A stretch of 60,764 nucleotides of DNA, filler included, from Hausera hauseri (Eukaryota): NCBI GenBank assembly GCA_046269625.1. It is 11 parts of 11 records of this genome, joined end to end, with 100 filler letters (N's around TTAATTAATTAA, not from the genome) between each part and the next. Parts side by side here need not be neighbours in the genome. Positions count along the whole stretch, not along the records: positions 38,830 to 43,826 come from JBJURY010366371.1; positions 43,927 to 48,138 come from JBJURY010697660.1; positions 48,239 to 52,350 come from JBJURY010753209.1; positions 52,451 to 60,764 come from JBJURY010687660.1; 7 more parts are not named here. One strand, 5' to 3'. The notes below the pieces were generated by a model. That model saw nothing but the letters and a program-made list of their open reading frames with translations, searched no databases and was not told the origin of the DNA. The translations under genes and the position numbers were made by a program. Of this stretch, positions 39,527 to 52,694 are shown one piece after another; positions within the stretch are counted from its first letter, which is position 1, and each line of letters starts with the position of its first letter.

Positions 39527-42500
39527 GTCTTCAAAAATGATCTTCTTAGCTAATGTAGCCCTTTGAACGCCATGGGCTCTCTTTTTGATCTCACCGCATA
39601 CGTCTAAAGCATACATTTTAGATCTGAGAGTCACAAATTTCGAGATGACTACTCCATTTACCTCGTCTTTGAATTTCCAAGGACTTTCTTCTTGAATAAT
39701 TGGGATGTTCCTTCGGATAGTCCGAGGTATCCATATGTTGGGCCTATTGGGCAAAGTCCTCATAATTATCATCTGTATGGATCTGATAGATGAAACTATC
39801 AGTATCCATATACATCAGCTGCATAGACTTAAACTTGAGGACCAATATATCGTAATGGGAATGATACATTAAGGACTTGGACAGGTCGAGGATTGCCATA
39901 CCCACATATATTGGCTTGTTGAATACCAAGGATGTTTTCAGCATATGGATGCTGACCAAGTTCTCCGTATATATGGTGCTGCTGTAGAAGTTGGGCTTGG
40001 CAATAAGCTTCTTTGCCCACTTCCAGTCACATACTATCTCAATGTTGATCCTTTTCCGGATATTTTCCGTGGTCTTGCCAAAGACCGAGTTGTTATAATG
40101 CTTGAACTGCTCCTTCTCAAAGTCGTTCTTGACATTTGTCAGCAAGTTGGTATTGAGATCAATGTATGACTGCAGCCACATGGACTGGCTGAACTGCAGG
40201 GCTCTATGGATCTTTGTGGTGCGGAGTATATATATCTAACTGCCTGCTGGAGATTGATGTAGTGGACTACATACCTCTCCCTATTACTCAGATGACAGAG
40301 TATCTTTCTCCTTCCCATGAGGCGGAGGCCTACTCTCAGGGAGGAAAGGCAGCTGTTGATGCCTTGCGTGGATAAAAGCCAGATATTCCACACCCACCTC
40401 CAGCATATAATCCGTATCTCCGGTGGGATCCAGGTCCAGTATAAGGATCTTCGGGATGTTCGACCCATTTGAAATTATCATATGGCAATGGGGCACTCAT
40501 AACATATCCATGCAGGTTGTTGACATCCAGGTATGATATATATGAGGATTCCTGGGATCGATCATACTGGGCCATATACTTGTTGTTGGCCTCGCTATAC
40601 CGATGAATGACCTGGCATATTCCGCCTCTAATGCCTCTCAATCATAAGGATGATGTCGTAATCCTTAACGATCTGCAGCCTAATACCAGTATATCTCAGC
40701 ATAGCTGCCCAACTGATCCATGGGGCCGTAAAAATGAGCTGGATCCAAAGCATGGCTCTTCATTGTAACATCCCTGAAACTTATAAAGACATCTGTCAGT
40801 AGCAGCACGTCCGTCTTGAGGTATATGTCGCTGTATTCCCCTAATGATCGGCATTGGAATGCCTGCCAGGCATTCTGACCATGCTGGTAATCCTCATTAC
40901 TGATATCACAGTCCGACAACTAGCTATAAAAGTCATCCTTGGGCGGTAATGAAGTCTCATCCAGTGTTTCCCATGATGTTATATAGTCGTAAGGAAACAC
41001 TCCTTTCCTCTTGACTTGGTCAAAGTTAGTGGGCAAGAACCGCCTCGTCTGCTTGAGTTCTTCTGCATGGAGGTTCTTCACTAAACTATCCAGTGACGAG
41101 CTCATGAAGCGGAAACTGTTTATGAATCGAAGTCTAATGCGGCCCACATGCTTGGTAAAGGTGATGTACTTTTCCTCACTGTTTAGGATCACATCTATAT
41201 TACCATCAATGTTGCCCAGTTCCCGAACAATGAAGTGGGAATCATAGCCATTGATATTATGGAACACTACAGGCAAATATGTACATGTTTTGCAGCATAA
41301 GTTTCAGTTGTTGCATGCTGCACCCCGATATGCACCTGTAAAATGGTAGTGATCCCTGACTTTATGATTATCTTTGGTGAATCACTTGGAGCACAAGTAA
41401 CATGTTGCCTTGCGTCATTTTTCTTCCTGATTCGACATGCTCACATTATCCTTATGCTGCTGAAACATGTTTTCAAGCTTATGAGCCATGTCTTCAAGTC
41501 GTTTCATGAATTGTGCTGCTGCACCTGGACCTCTGAATAGAAATGGTTCACTGTCCAGTCCTTTGGCATACGTGCAATACGATGAGAGCTCATGATATTG
41601 GTATGCCGTTGTGCTGATATGTTGAGGATTAGGGCTGCAACTCTGAACTGGATGCAGAATAGCCTCAAAGTCGCAATAGATAACTACTGGGACCTTGATC
41701 TTCTTCTCGAACTCATTGAATTCAATGTAGTCCTCCTTGGGAAATTCTGGCCTGATACAGAAATTGTTGTTACAGTACATCTTGTGCTCCTTCAGCTTCT
41801 CCACAACTAACTTGACGCTGAAATGAGACAAGCATCGTTTACATATTTCGATTCTTTCCTTATGTTTCGTAATTTGGGATCTCACTAGACGCTCGAACTT
41901 CTTTATCCAGATGAAATGCCTCTTTTCACCATCATCTATTAGGAGCAGATCCCTATGATCTTCAAATTCAACACCGCATATCTGCAGGGGACAGAATTCA
42001 TCTTCCTGATCCAATCCAAAGATATTGATTTATATATTGTTGGTTCGACTGAACTTCTTGATCTCATCTATGGATGGCGGGAATGTAATACACTGGAAGT
42101 CGTAGTTGTGCTGCACATCCCTATATAGCCAAACTCGATCTGCTGCATGTTTTTGATCCCGTTCGAGTTTACATAAAATGGCACACATGAAACACTTGTT
42201 GTCATCATTAAGGACATTGATGTAATCCTTTTTCCTTACGATCCATTCCCGAAGGTGTATGTAGGAACTGCACCGCATGGGCTAGTACTTGTGCACATAC
42301 ACAAGCAATCTCTTGATTATTGACAGAGTCCATCCGCTCTTCTTATCGGCTTCACGGATCAGCTTCCCATGTTCCTCATTAAGCCATTCTACTATATTGG
42401 TGTTTTCCAGTATGCGTCTATTTATGGTCTCGAAGGCCCTTTTGGACTCTTCGCCATAAACATTGACGTACGTGGCCTGCAGTTTCATATTGACTTTAAG

Positions 42501-42975
42501 GGCTTTGAGTTCAGTCATATTGTCCTGAAGAATCCCCTCTGTTTCTTCCTTTGTGTACTCCAGGAACTCCTTGATAGTTGTTTGACCAGTTGCCTCAATG
42601 AAATATGCGGCATTTCCTCTTTAATGCTGCAGCATCAACTGGCCGCTGTCTTTGGCTTTTTGGCGGAGCCGCTACGCTTGATGCGCATAATGCGAGTTTT
42701 AGTCCTGCATCTGGCTGTACTGCAGTATGTGGTACTGCATGCTGTACTGCAGGCTTATGTTCACTAAATATGATCTTCTTTGACTTTGATGCCAAGTTAG
42801 TCAAATGATGTTTGTGATCTTTATAAAACTGTATGTAGTCTCCATCAGATACAGCCTCACATCCTGGGCAGATATAATAATTGGTCCTATTGAATTTGTG
42901 ACAATAATAGCAATTCTGAAGGTTGTGTATTACACATGTGCAATACACATATGGACCACATCCTCGATTTGGCAC
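39527..42975 (-). pseudogene. Near-complete Polinton/adintovirus-type protein-primed DNA polymerase B
   Basis: VIYCDFE (ExoI), KVRDHYHFTGAYRGAACNN (endonuclease VII-like insert), FHNINGYDSHFI (ExoII), RKGVFPYDY, YLKTDVLLL (ExoIII), IRGG, YLDVNNL (A), KHYNNSVFGK (B), YMDTDS (C), LRSKMY; several stops and frameshifts. Confidence 0.93.
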
Positions 42976-43040
42976 ATTGTTATTGGCACATTGGTACTGA
43001 ATATTTGATTTTTCGACTTGGTAAAGGAAATTACGTGCAC

Positions 43041-43226
43041 TTAATGGACATTGTAAAAGTCTTCATAATTGGATTTGCACAGTACTTCACATGTAGGGCA
43101 TATATAATACTGAACCCAGTTGTACATATGGCTGAAATACTTCTTCATAAAATTGTGGCAATTTTCAGGCTCATGGATTTGAGCCAAGCATTCTTTGTAA
43201 AGTTCGCAGATATAAAAATCAAACAA
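43041..43226 (-). CDS. Small Cys/His-rich ORF upstream of pPolB
   Basis: CLAQIHEPENCHN..H.YN..YYICPTCE..F..VH; homologue at 32558-32725. Confidence 0.55.
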   Translation of the reverse strand: MFDFYICELYKECLAQIHEPENCHNFMKKYFSHMYNWVQYYICPTCEVLCKSNYEDFYNVH

Positions 43227-43926
43227 TTATTTGAGGAGTACAATAAAAAACTCACCATTCGTTGAAGTGATTTTGGAAATAATGAAATATGTAGCCATGT
43301 CACCATGCACTGCCCCACTTATTGATCGGTTTTAATGCACTTTTGTTTTAATGCATCAATTAAATACAAGGTGGTGCCAATTTCAAACAGGTTTTCCTAT
43401 ATGGGGAATCGAACGACCTCATTTGATTCTTCGAATAATGCATGCTTGACCGAGTTTTCTAGTTCGAATAGCTTATTATTCAACTTGTAAGCTCGAATTC
43501 GAATATTTTATGTTATATTCCGATTCGGCATATATGCTTTCCTATCCAGCCCCGCTATTAAATTCATTGCTTTCCGCTTCACTGGGCTTTAAATGCACAT
43601 TTTGCTTAATTCAAAATATTTATTTTGTACCTATGTAGTACATTTTCATGGTATAATTTTTATGCATAAGTGGGTTTTCATATATGAGGAATTGATTGCC
43701 GCTGATAGATTTTTTAAATAGTTCGATATTCGGGCCAAAAAATATTCGAATTTAGAATATTTGACTCGAGATTCGAGATCGCCATAGTCGATTTCCTATC
43801 TGTCCCCGCTAATTATAATATCGAATNNNNNNNNNNNNNNNNNNNNNNNNNNNNNNNNNNNNNNNNNNNNTTAATTAATTAANNNNNNNNNNNNNNNNNN
43901 NNNNNNNNNNNNNNNNNNNNNNNNNN

Positions 43927-44450
43927 ATTAGATCAATGACATCCTGCAAAAGAGTTGAGCAGAACAGTTGTTAGTAGGATTGAATCCGACACCGTTTGTC
44001 GAACTGGACTACTGGAATACGAGATGTTGAAATCTCGGATATATTTGTGGACAACTCGTTCTACTGAAAGTAAAGAAAATGGCCGTAAAAGTTGACAGCA
44101 CGTATGGGCCACCATTCAAAACACGTTCAAGTCCGTCGCAACTTCATTAAAAGAATGACAAACTACCAATCTTTATTTGTTTCCATTGTGTAATCAATTT
44201 GAAGGATTAGAACAGTCTGAATCTAGCGAAATTACTCAACTGACAGAACCTCTTTTCCATGTTATTTGTCTAATCTGGAGAAAGAACTGTTGTCTTACTA
44301 CAAGAAACTTGCAACCTAATGATTAATTTTCTAAGATTTGCAGAATTTTAGCAACAGTATAATGATTATTGCAAACGCTAGTATAATGCGTTTCTAGATC
44401 CGAAAGAAACATTTAAAGGCGAATACGAAGAAGTGGAAAAACCTAACACT
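43927..44450 (+). pseudogene. Axonemal outer-arm dynein heavy chain (DNAH9/11/17-like) N-terminal tail fragment
   Basis: INDILQKS*AEQLLVGLNPTPFVELDYW..NL..I..QL...KVKKMA..EPLFHVICLIW / VVLLQETCNLMI / FLDPKETFKGEYEE; four in-frame stops and a frameshift. Confidence 0.8.
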
Positions 44451-45149
44451 AAGATTATCAAACATCCATTTGCTACTGAACCTCTATTTTAACTCGAAAT
44501 ACTACAAGCATTTTTGTTGTTTATTTGAACGTATGGTGAAATTGAACGGATCGACTAAAAATGAAAATAGTAAAATTAAATATTTCCGAATAATGTAGAA
44601 GTGCAAAAGTTACAATGTGGCCGCTTTTCCCGCAGTCGTTTTATTGCTGTATTAAAAAATTGATACGACCGATTTTTCCAACTGCTGGAAATCAGATTTA
44701 TATTGGCAACAATGAACAGGAAAAATTTTGACATGTTGATATTTGTCCTTTTTGGATCCTTTTCAAAATGGTCTCCACCTTGTCTTTTAACTCAATTTGT
44801 GAATATTATCAGCAAATAGATGTCGTTGATGTAAAAAAAACCTATCCCGATTACCAAACCAGAGTTTATTGTCATCATAATTTTTTGTCAATAAAAATTT
44901 TTTTGTTTAAATAATGTAAATGTGTTTTGATAGACACTTGTAATTTAATTTGAATACAATTTTAACAATCATTTTCCTTTTAGATTGTCGGATCTTATTT
45001 TTTAGAATTTGTGCTCTATTTATTTGGAAATCTATCGAAATTTCTTTTATTCTCTAAGATTGGAATTAATCCGATCACTTTTATATTTCTAAAATTGAAT
45101 TAATCGCTCATTTTGAATTTTATACTGTATAACTGGATATTTATCAAAC

Positions 45150-47848
45150 AGTTTAGATGATAGATAGGAATACAGATAGGAATAGAAGGAGAAGGCATGG
45201 AAGATGATGAAGCAGAACTAGGAGCCGAAGGAGGAGGTGGAACAGGTGTAGAGATAGAAATAGGAATAGTAGGAAGTGTAGGAGTAAGCAAGGGGTTGAC
45301 GTGACGATTGGTGAAGTGTCGTCGATGAAGAAGGCGGGCTTTAAGTTCGTAATATATACTGTAAGTTCTTTACCGTCTTTGGAAATAATGGCGTTGTGCG
45401 AATGCAGCCGTACCAATTTATAGGGCCTCAGATACCGCGGCTGAAAACTGCACGGTGTTTGATTCTTTAGACATACGAATTTTGCCGAATTTAAATCTTC
45501 GGGTAAATATGATTTATCTTTATGTAGTAACCTGCAGAACGAATCTTTGCTGACCGTAACGAAGTGATTTTGCGCTGCTCGTATCGTTTCATCTGTGGGA
45601 GTGTCGTCCAGGGCAGTTAGATCGAATAATGATCGGACAGGAGCTCAGAATAAGGCTTTAATAGGTGAACATCCTGTAGAAGTAGACAGAGTGTTCCGCC
45701 AGCCGAGCAGAACAAAGGAAATAAGATTCGTCCAACTACTGCTGGATTCTGAGAGGATTAGTAGTAACGTTTTCAATGTTCGGCGGAAACGTTCTAGAAG
45801 GCCATTCTATTGGGGGTAGTAAGGAGCAGTATGTATGTGATGGATTCCAAATCGGTTAACCAGGGATTTGAACAGGTTGGATTTAAACTGTGGACCGTGG
45901 TCCGTGATGATGAAGCGAGGTGATTTAAACCTGCTAATCCATGTGCGAATGAAAACGTCAGCTATAGTGTCGATATTTGTGCTCCGCAGAGGGATGGCTT
46001 CTGGCCATCGCGAGGAACGGTCCATCATGGTGAGAATGAATTGATACCCGTTTTCTGGAGGAAGAGGACCGATGATGTCAATATGCACGGATTCAAAACG
46101 CGATGTGCAGGGAAAGTGGAATAGTGGTGGCTTTAGATGCTTAGTTGTTTTGTATTTTTGACAAGCCACATACTCCTTAATCCATGCCTGCACATCAGAA
46201 TGTATTGACGCTATATTACTTGTCGGTGGAGTAAACAAAAATTAGCTTTAGCACCAGGATGGTATAGCGAATGCACACTGCTTAATGCTTGCATTTGCAA
46301 TGATGGTGCAAGTATTATTAAGGAGTGATCTGGTTTGGAAATGTCTAAAGCCACTCCATCAACGTTTGTGCAAGACTTGAAAGAATTAAGCATGTCCTGA
46401 GGTGGCTGGTTCTGTTGAAGTTGGTCTTGCGTAAAGATCGGTGAAAAATTAATCGAACTAACCGACCTGGATAAAAAATCGGCAACCAAATTATTAACCC
46501 AATTAATATGTTTTATGTCGAAGTTAAATATCGACAAGTATGATATCTGTCGTTCTTGGCGTGTGGATGGATGTTTCATAGCCATAATGTTAAATAAGTG
46601 CCTGTGATTGGTTTGTATAGTAAAATGGCGAGCGAAAAGTATGTGGGAGAAATGCATTAAAGCGAGAACAATGGCCAATAGTTCTCTATCGAACGTTGAA
46701 TATCTAGTTTCAGGGGGTGTTAGCTTACGAGAGAAAAATTCTAGTGATTGATTTTGTCCTTTGTGGATTTGGTAAAGCACAGCACCTACTGCAGTAAGTG
46801 AAGCGTCTGTGGTAAGTATAAGTTCTGCATCAGGCTTGTGGAAAGCGAGAATGTCGACGGTTTTAATTCCTTCGCGTAGCTTATAAAAATTTTCAACCAA
46901 CTCAGGTGTCCATTGGATTGGCTGATATTTTTTGCCACTGCTTAGGTGTGCGAATGGTGCTGTCAATTCGGAGCAATATGGTATATATTTATGTACAAAG
47001 TGTAGTGTACCAAGGAAGCTGCGAATTTCAGTGGTTGTACGTGGTAACTGCATATTCTTAAGAGCTTCAACTCGGTTTTGTTGAAGAGAGTGGTCGTCTG
47101 GTGAAATAACGTGGCCTGAAAAGTTGATGCGCTTTTCGAAGAAATTGCATTTGTTGAAATTGATTTGAAGATTATGGTAGTTAAGGCGTTGGAATATTGC
47201 GCGATGGTGTTTCTCATGTTGTTTGGCCGAAAACGAAACGATCAGAATAATATCAATGTAAGGGTGTGCAAACGGGAAATCTGAGAGAATCGAATCAATA
47301 TGTCGCTGAAATATCTGTGCGGCATTTCGCAAACCGAATAACATAAACAGGTACTCGTAGGGACCAAAAGGAGTAGTGAGCGCAGTTTTTTCTATGTCTT
47401 CGGCTGCTACCAGTATTTGATGATATGCTTTGGCCAAATCTATAGTCTAATAAATGGTAGTGGCATTAAGGCGATGCATAATATCCTTGATAAGTGGTAA
47501 GGGGTACGCATCCATGATAGTCAGGGTGTTCAACTGTCGGTAATCACCACATGGTCTAAAAGTGCCGTCCTTTTTGTACATTTAAAGTTGACGACCAAGG
47601 AGATTTGGAACGGCGTACAATGTCGGAGCGTTCTAGTTCAAGAAATTCGGCTTCTACAGCCTATCTAAGACGAGGTGACAGTGGTCGTACCTTTTGGCGT
47701 ATTAATCGTTGGTGCTGTGTAATTATGTGGTTTGCAGTGCTGTTTGCAGCGGTAAACGTACAATCTTTTTTAAGTACGCGTGGATATGATGTGTTGACTG
47801 TTAGTAGATCGCGTATCTACCATTCGGACCTCAACATCATTTGATGAT
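45150..47848 (-). mobile_element. Decayed Ty3/gypsy pol (RT, RNase H, INT), related to 22170-26474
   Basis: FRPCGDYRQLN, LFGLRNAAQIFQR, LTTDAS, YSTFDRELLAI, HIDIIGPLP, SRWPEAIP; ELTAPFAHLSS shared with the 24.2-kb copy. Confidence 0.93.
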
Positions 47849-48138
47849 TGTAAGACTAAATTATGCATTAGAAATTTATTATAAAAGTTGGTATAACAAT
47901 TAACTCATTTACTTATTAAATGAGTCTTATTTTCTTCCTTTTTTTGAATTTGGCAATTTATTGAATTGGCTTTGAATTAAATTTAAACATTAATATTCGT
48001 TTAAATTCCTCCTCACATCCGTCTCCTTTAAGAATTTCCGCAGTTTTTCCACATTTCTTTCCAAAATGAGACCGTCTGCGTGTTGCAGTACGTATCGTCT
48101 GTCGTGTTTTCTTTCAATGACTTCGTGTGGCCCTTCAT
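47849..48138 (-). mobile_element. 3' end of a third gypsy family nested in the preceding element: integrase GPY/F tail, PPT and 169-bp LTR (47849-48017)
   Basis: EGPHEVIERKHDRRYVL..ERNVEKL; AAAGGAGACGGA then TGTGAG...CTTACA with internal AATAAA. Confidence 0.7.
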
Positions 48139-49069
48139 NNNNNNNNNNNNNNNNNNNNNNNNNNNNNNNNNNNNNNNNNNNNTTAATTAATTAANNNNNN
48201 NNNNNNNNNNNNNNNNNNNNNNNNNNNNNNNNNNNNNNAGGAGATTGACGATGGCGGAGCAACATGATTTCTACGACAATTTATCCGAAGGAGCATTAGG
48301 TAATTTTCCTTTCAGTTTATTTATTTGATTTGTTGTTATTTTATAATTGTGTAATTTTGTCATAACAAATAAATTTTTCGGAAATTAAATTGAAATTGAT
48401 ATTGAACTTGGGTTGCGCAAATGGTTTGCTTATAATGTTCAGTATGAATCGAAAAATTGAATGATGATGCCATGGAAATGATGGTTATTGGACCACAGAA
48501 AGCTTTGAACACAGACGTATGGTGAGACAGATGAAGGCCGAAAAGGGTAAACGGAATACGGAACTCGTGATGGAACGATAATAGACCGAAAATATATTTG
48601 ATGATCCACCGATATGACAAATGATTTCATCCCGTAGGTGTAATAAATAAATGATTTGTGATTGTGGATATATTGGTGATTTAATCGTTGCATAGTTATA
48701 ATGATATTGTGGTTTTTGTCATTGTAGAGAAATCTATTAATAGTAGTATTATGTCGAACTTGTCTATAGAATTTAGCGTGAAGATTGTTAGTTTCAGATC
48801 ATTTTGTTACAGCCAAATTTTGGAAGATTGCCTGCATTAGAGAAACCAAACCAGGGATAAGCCGATAGGTGAATCGAGGAAGGATAGAATTATGTCAACA
48901 TGCGCCTTTGCGATATCAATTCGATGTGCAATTTCGTCTTGGAATAATGATGATCGCGTTTGTGATTTATTCGTTAAGTGTAAAGTCGAGTTGCGTGTAT
49001 TTGACGGAATTAAATAAACAATAGGTACTTTACATATGCTAAATAAAGGTTACTATATTTATATGTCGG

Positions 49070-49213
49070 TTTATATCGAGCTGTGTTTTGGTTGCAGTTA
49101 TAAATAAAATTTATTCGATTTATATCGAGCTGTGTTTTGGTTGCAGTTATAAATAAGATTTATTCGATTTATATCGAGCTGTGTTTTGGCTGCAGTTATA
49201 AATAAAATTTATT
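49070..49213. repeat. 49-bp tandem repeat x3
   Basis: TTTATATCGAGCTGTGTTTTGG starts at 49070, 49119 and 49168. Confidence 0.92.
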
Positions 49214-52200
49214 TACGATGTGCGGTTTCCATTGAGGATGAATGCAATACGATTATTTCCTACATGGCAATGTGGTTGTTACGGGACTGATTTCCCTGCA
49301 TTAGTTGTTCATTAATTATGTCAGATATTACGTAGAAATGACTACGATACTACTCCCCTATTTCCAATTATTATTTAATTATTACGTTTAATCACTATTT
49401 CCAATGATTACGCCCAGATTGATATCTAATCACTATCTCCAATTATTATGTTTAATGATAATTCTCCATTATCACGTTTAAATTGATTTATAGCCAGGGG
49501 AGGAATTAATAAACTTTGATTGAACGATTGGTAGAAGCAGGGATCAACCGAAGATCATAGAAGACGAGGAAGCCTGAGATTGTTGCATCGTGCAGTAAGA
49601 AGATTTCATGGAGAGCACACGAAGTGTCAAGTAAATATTGGATGCCTGGATGGAGTTGAGGGATGTTTGAAAAGACGAGGCGTATAAATATTTGGTCTCC
49701 CACCAAGTGAAAAAGGGTATGTATGAGTACAATGGGGAATACCGATAAAATTCGCCGGATGGTCGGTCGACTGTGGTTTGCTCCGTGGGATGCTTGTGAT
49801 GAAAGGATGGACTTGCGGTAAACATAGATTATGATCGAATGCGATTATGTGAACGAAAGCTAATATGAATTTGATAATATCGCCATTTAATTCCGTTGAT
49901 GGCAGATGAATGGTAACTTTAATGCGTCTTGTAATCAATTTCCCCGAGGATATTGAGGTCGTGCCCAAAGCAAAGAGTATATGTTGTTGAGTGTCGGTGA
50001 AAGTTGTTGATGACGATACATATCCTCCGCAACTGTCAATGATAGACGGGAGATGACTTTGATTTCGTCCGAACTACCCCTACGAACGAAGAAGCGATAA
50101 CATAAAATTTTCTTTTAGTATATGATAAATAATAATTCAGATAGTTTATGAAAAACGATAAATCATGTATACCGTATGCATTTATATAATACCTTTTCAT
50201 CATGAGTATATTCGGCATTTTGTAATCATTGCACCAAGGAGTAGTATATGAGTATAGCCCCGACATCTGGAAAGACCACAAATTAGAACAAGAGAGGGAT
50301 CATCAATAAACATCGCGGTAAGTGCCAAATCAACAGAGGAATGCAAATGATTTTATACATGAAAAGATTATGCAATTCCCATGATCACAAATGATACGAC
50401 CCTTGCCAGAAGATCACGATGAAGGTAAATGTTTTTCGAACCAAAAGCAATGGCTGGCCGTCGTTGATCACAGCAATACCGAAATATGTAGACAACGTAT
50501 GAAGTTCGACATAGATACTCAGAAAGACTATACAACTGAATCGATATATGATATAAGACAGGATGGATGGTCCGTGTATATGCAACCTTAAACCGGACTA
50601 GACGGGAATGGTATCAGCAGCGTGTGTGGTTCAGTAAACATTCAAAATAAAATCTGAATAGAAGTGACCTGACTTAAAATGATTGGTGTATGTACATATA
50701 TATAAATATAGAATGTATATTAATGATATATCGAAGGTGTATGAAAATACGTATGAATGCTTAATGCGTATAATTCATTAATGGCGCCAAATTTAAAAGT
50801 ATGTTCGGAAGAATATAAGTAATTTCGAATATCCGGGATAGAACCGTAATAGAATCTATTTTATGTCATGATCCAAGGGAAGTCATAAATGTATTACAAA
50901 TATGGCATTATCATATTGCTACGATGAAAACTAAATTAAAAGGCTAGGTAATTGGGATACGACATGAAAAATTATTTAAATTTTTATTCTTCTTGGAACT
51001 ATATGACGGCACTACGTCTATAGTTTAATGAATATATTTATGGTTTTCTCTTCCATGCAGTGGATATGTGTTTCCTGGCCAGAATCGAAAAGTGTACCAT
51101 ACTGTATGTTTGGTTTCTTTAAAAGAAAGGTTTGGAGTCGGAGGAGATATAGTATAATGTGTGATTGTAGGGACCGTATGTCACAAGGAAACGAAATTGA
51201 AATTTTTGAATACCACCTAATCAGTCAGTATCTATCTTTGGTAGGGATTGAAATATCTGTCATACATAATTCGAGAATGACTGCATCCAGAATGGAAGGT
51301 AATATAGTATGTATACATGTCGAAGAAATGTGTCACCACCCAAACCAAGTAGCTTCTTATCCTACCTTCACCATTCAGAGGCGCAGGTATTTTATATACC
51401 GAACCGCCATCGAACTCGCCCCTTCAGGTTATTTAGGAATATTTATATGTTGTTAATCGAGAGAAAGCAAATTAAACCCGACCAAAGACCAACAAACCCA
51501 CGAGAGTATATTGGGGTTTCCCAGAAGTCGAGAAATCCCAACAATAAGAGATCTCTGATGAAAACGACATGATGGATGATATTTGTCTAATCGTTGAATG
51601 TTAATATATAGTCGATGTTCTATACAAATAATATCTATATAGTATTCAGCTTTTAATGTGCAATCTGCGTTCTGTTGGATATTTGATCATTTGAATCATA
51701 ACAATAATTATGGAGTATGATTAATAAGGGAAATATTTTTCAGAAAGAGTAACTGACCACAGGACCGCGGATGCATTTTCATCGTTGAAATTATTTTTTT
51801 CATAAAACCAAATTTTTTACGAAATTACCAATCGAGCAAACAACGAAACTATGGTTATAGAAGAATCTTTTTCAATAAGTTTGGATTATATTTTATAAAA
51901 ATGAAATGGTGTTGTCTTGCTGTAATCGAATATTGTTAACATAGTGAATCATTCAATGATACCGTCTGAATTTCAAGGAATGGGAATTAATTGATGTACA
52001 TTCGTGTCATGAAACTTTACTACACGATTGTCGTTGGCAAATAGAATGGGACCCTAGATTATATTTTGTTACAAAATGGCATTTATGCCAGATGCGGTAT
52101 TGACACAATAACATAATGAAGATGGCTTGTGAGAATGAAACAAAATAAAATCTGATAACGATTATTGTTACTGATTTTACGCCAAATATTTAACTGTCAG

Positions 52201-52694
52201 TTTGTACATTTTAAATGCAATAAAACGTTTTATTTCCCAGAAACGAAATTGTCTATGAATTAAAACAAACCTTTTTTGAATGCGACAGTATATATCCCCT
52301 CTTCATTGTTGTAAAATCATAGTTTGTAAAATAAGTCTATACAACTTGAANNNNNNNNNNNNNNNNNNNNNNNNNNNNNNNNNNNNNNNNNNNNTTAATT
52401 AATTAANNNNNNNNNNNNNNNNNNNNNNNNNNNNNNNNNNNNNNNNNNNNGCTAGACATTACTTTCGAGAGTCAATTAACTACATACGGGCGAATAGCGC
52501 CATTTACATTAAATAATTGTTATACAATACGAGTGAAGATTTATCCTACAGCAAACATTGATAGGATCAACTCACGTCAAAACTTATTAGTAAACGGTAC
52601 AGAGAAAATTAATCAAAGAGAAACATGGAACAAACTCTATATTTAAGATAAAGTAATAGACAAACACGGTTTATCCGACACTGAACTAACTTTC

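Noticed and set aside
43927-44170. Stop-codon reassignment explaining the dynein stops
   Set aside because: TAG and TGA fall at positions expected for different residues and a frameshift is also present, so decay is simpler.
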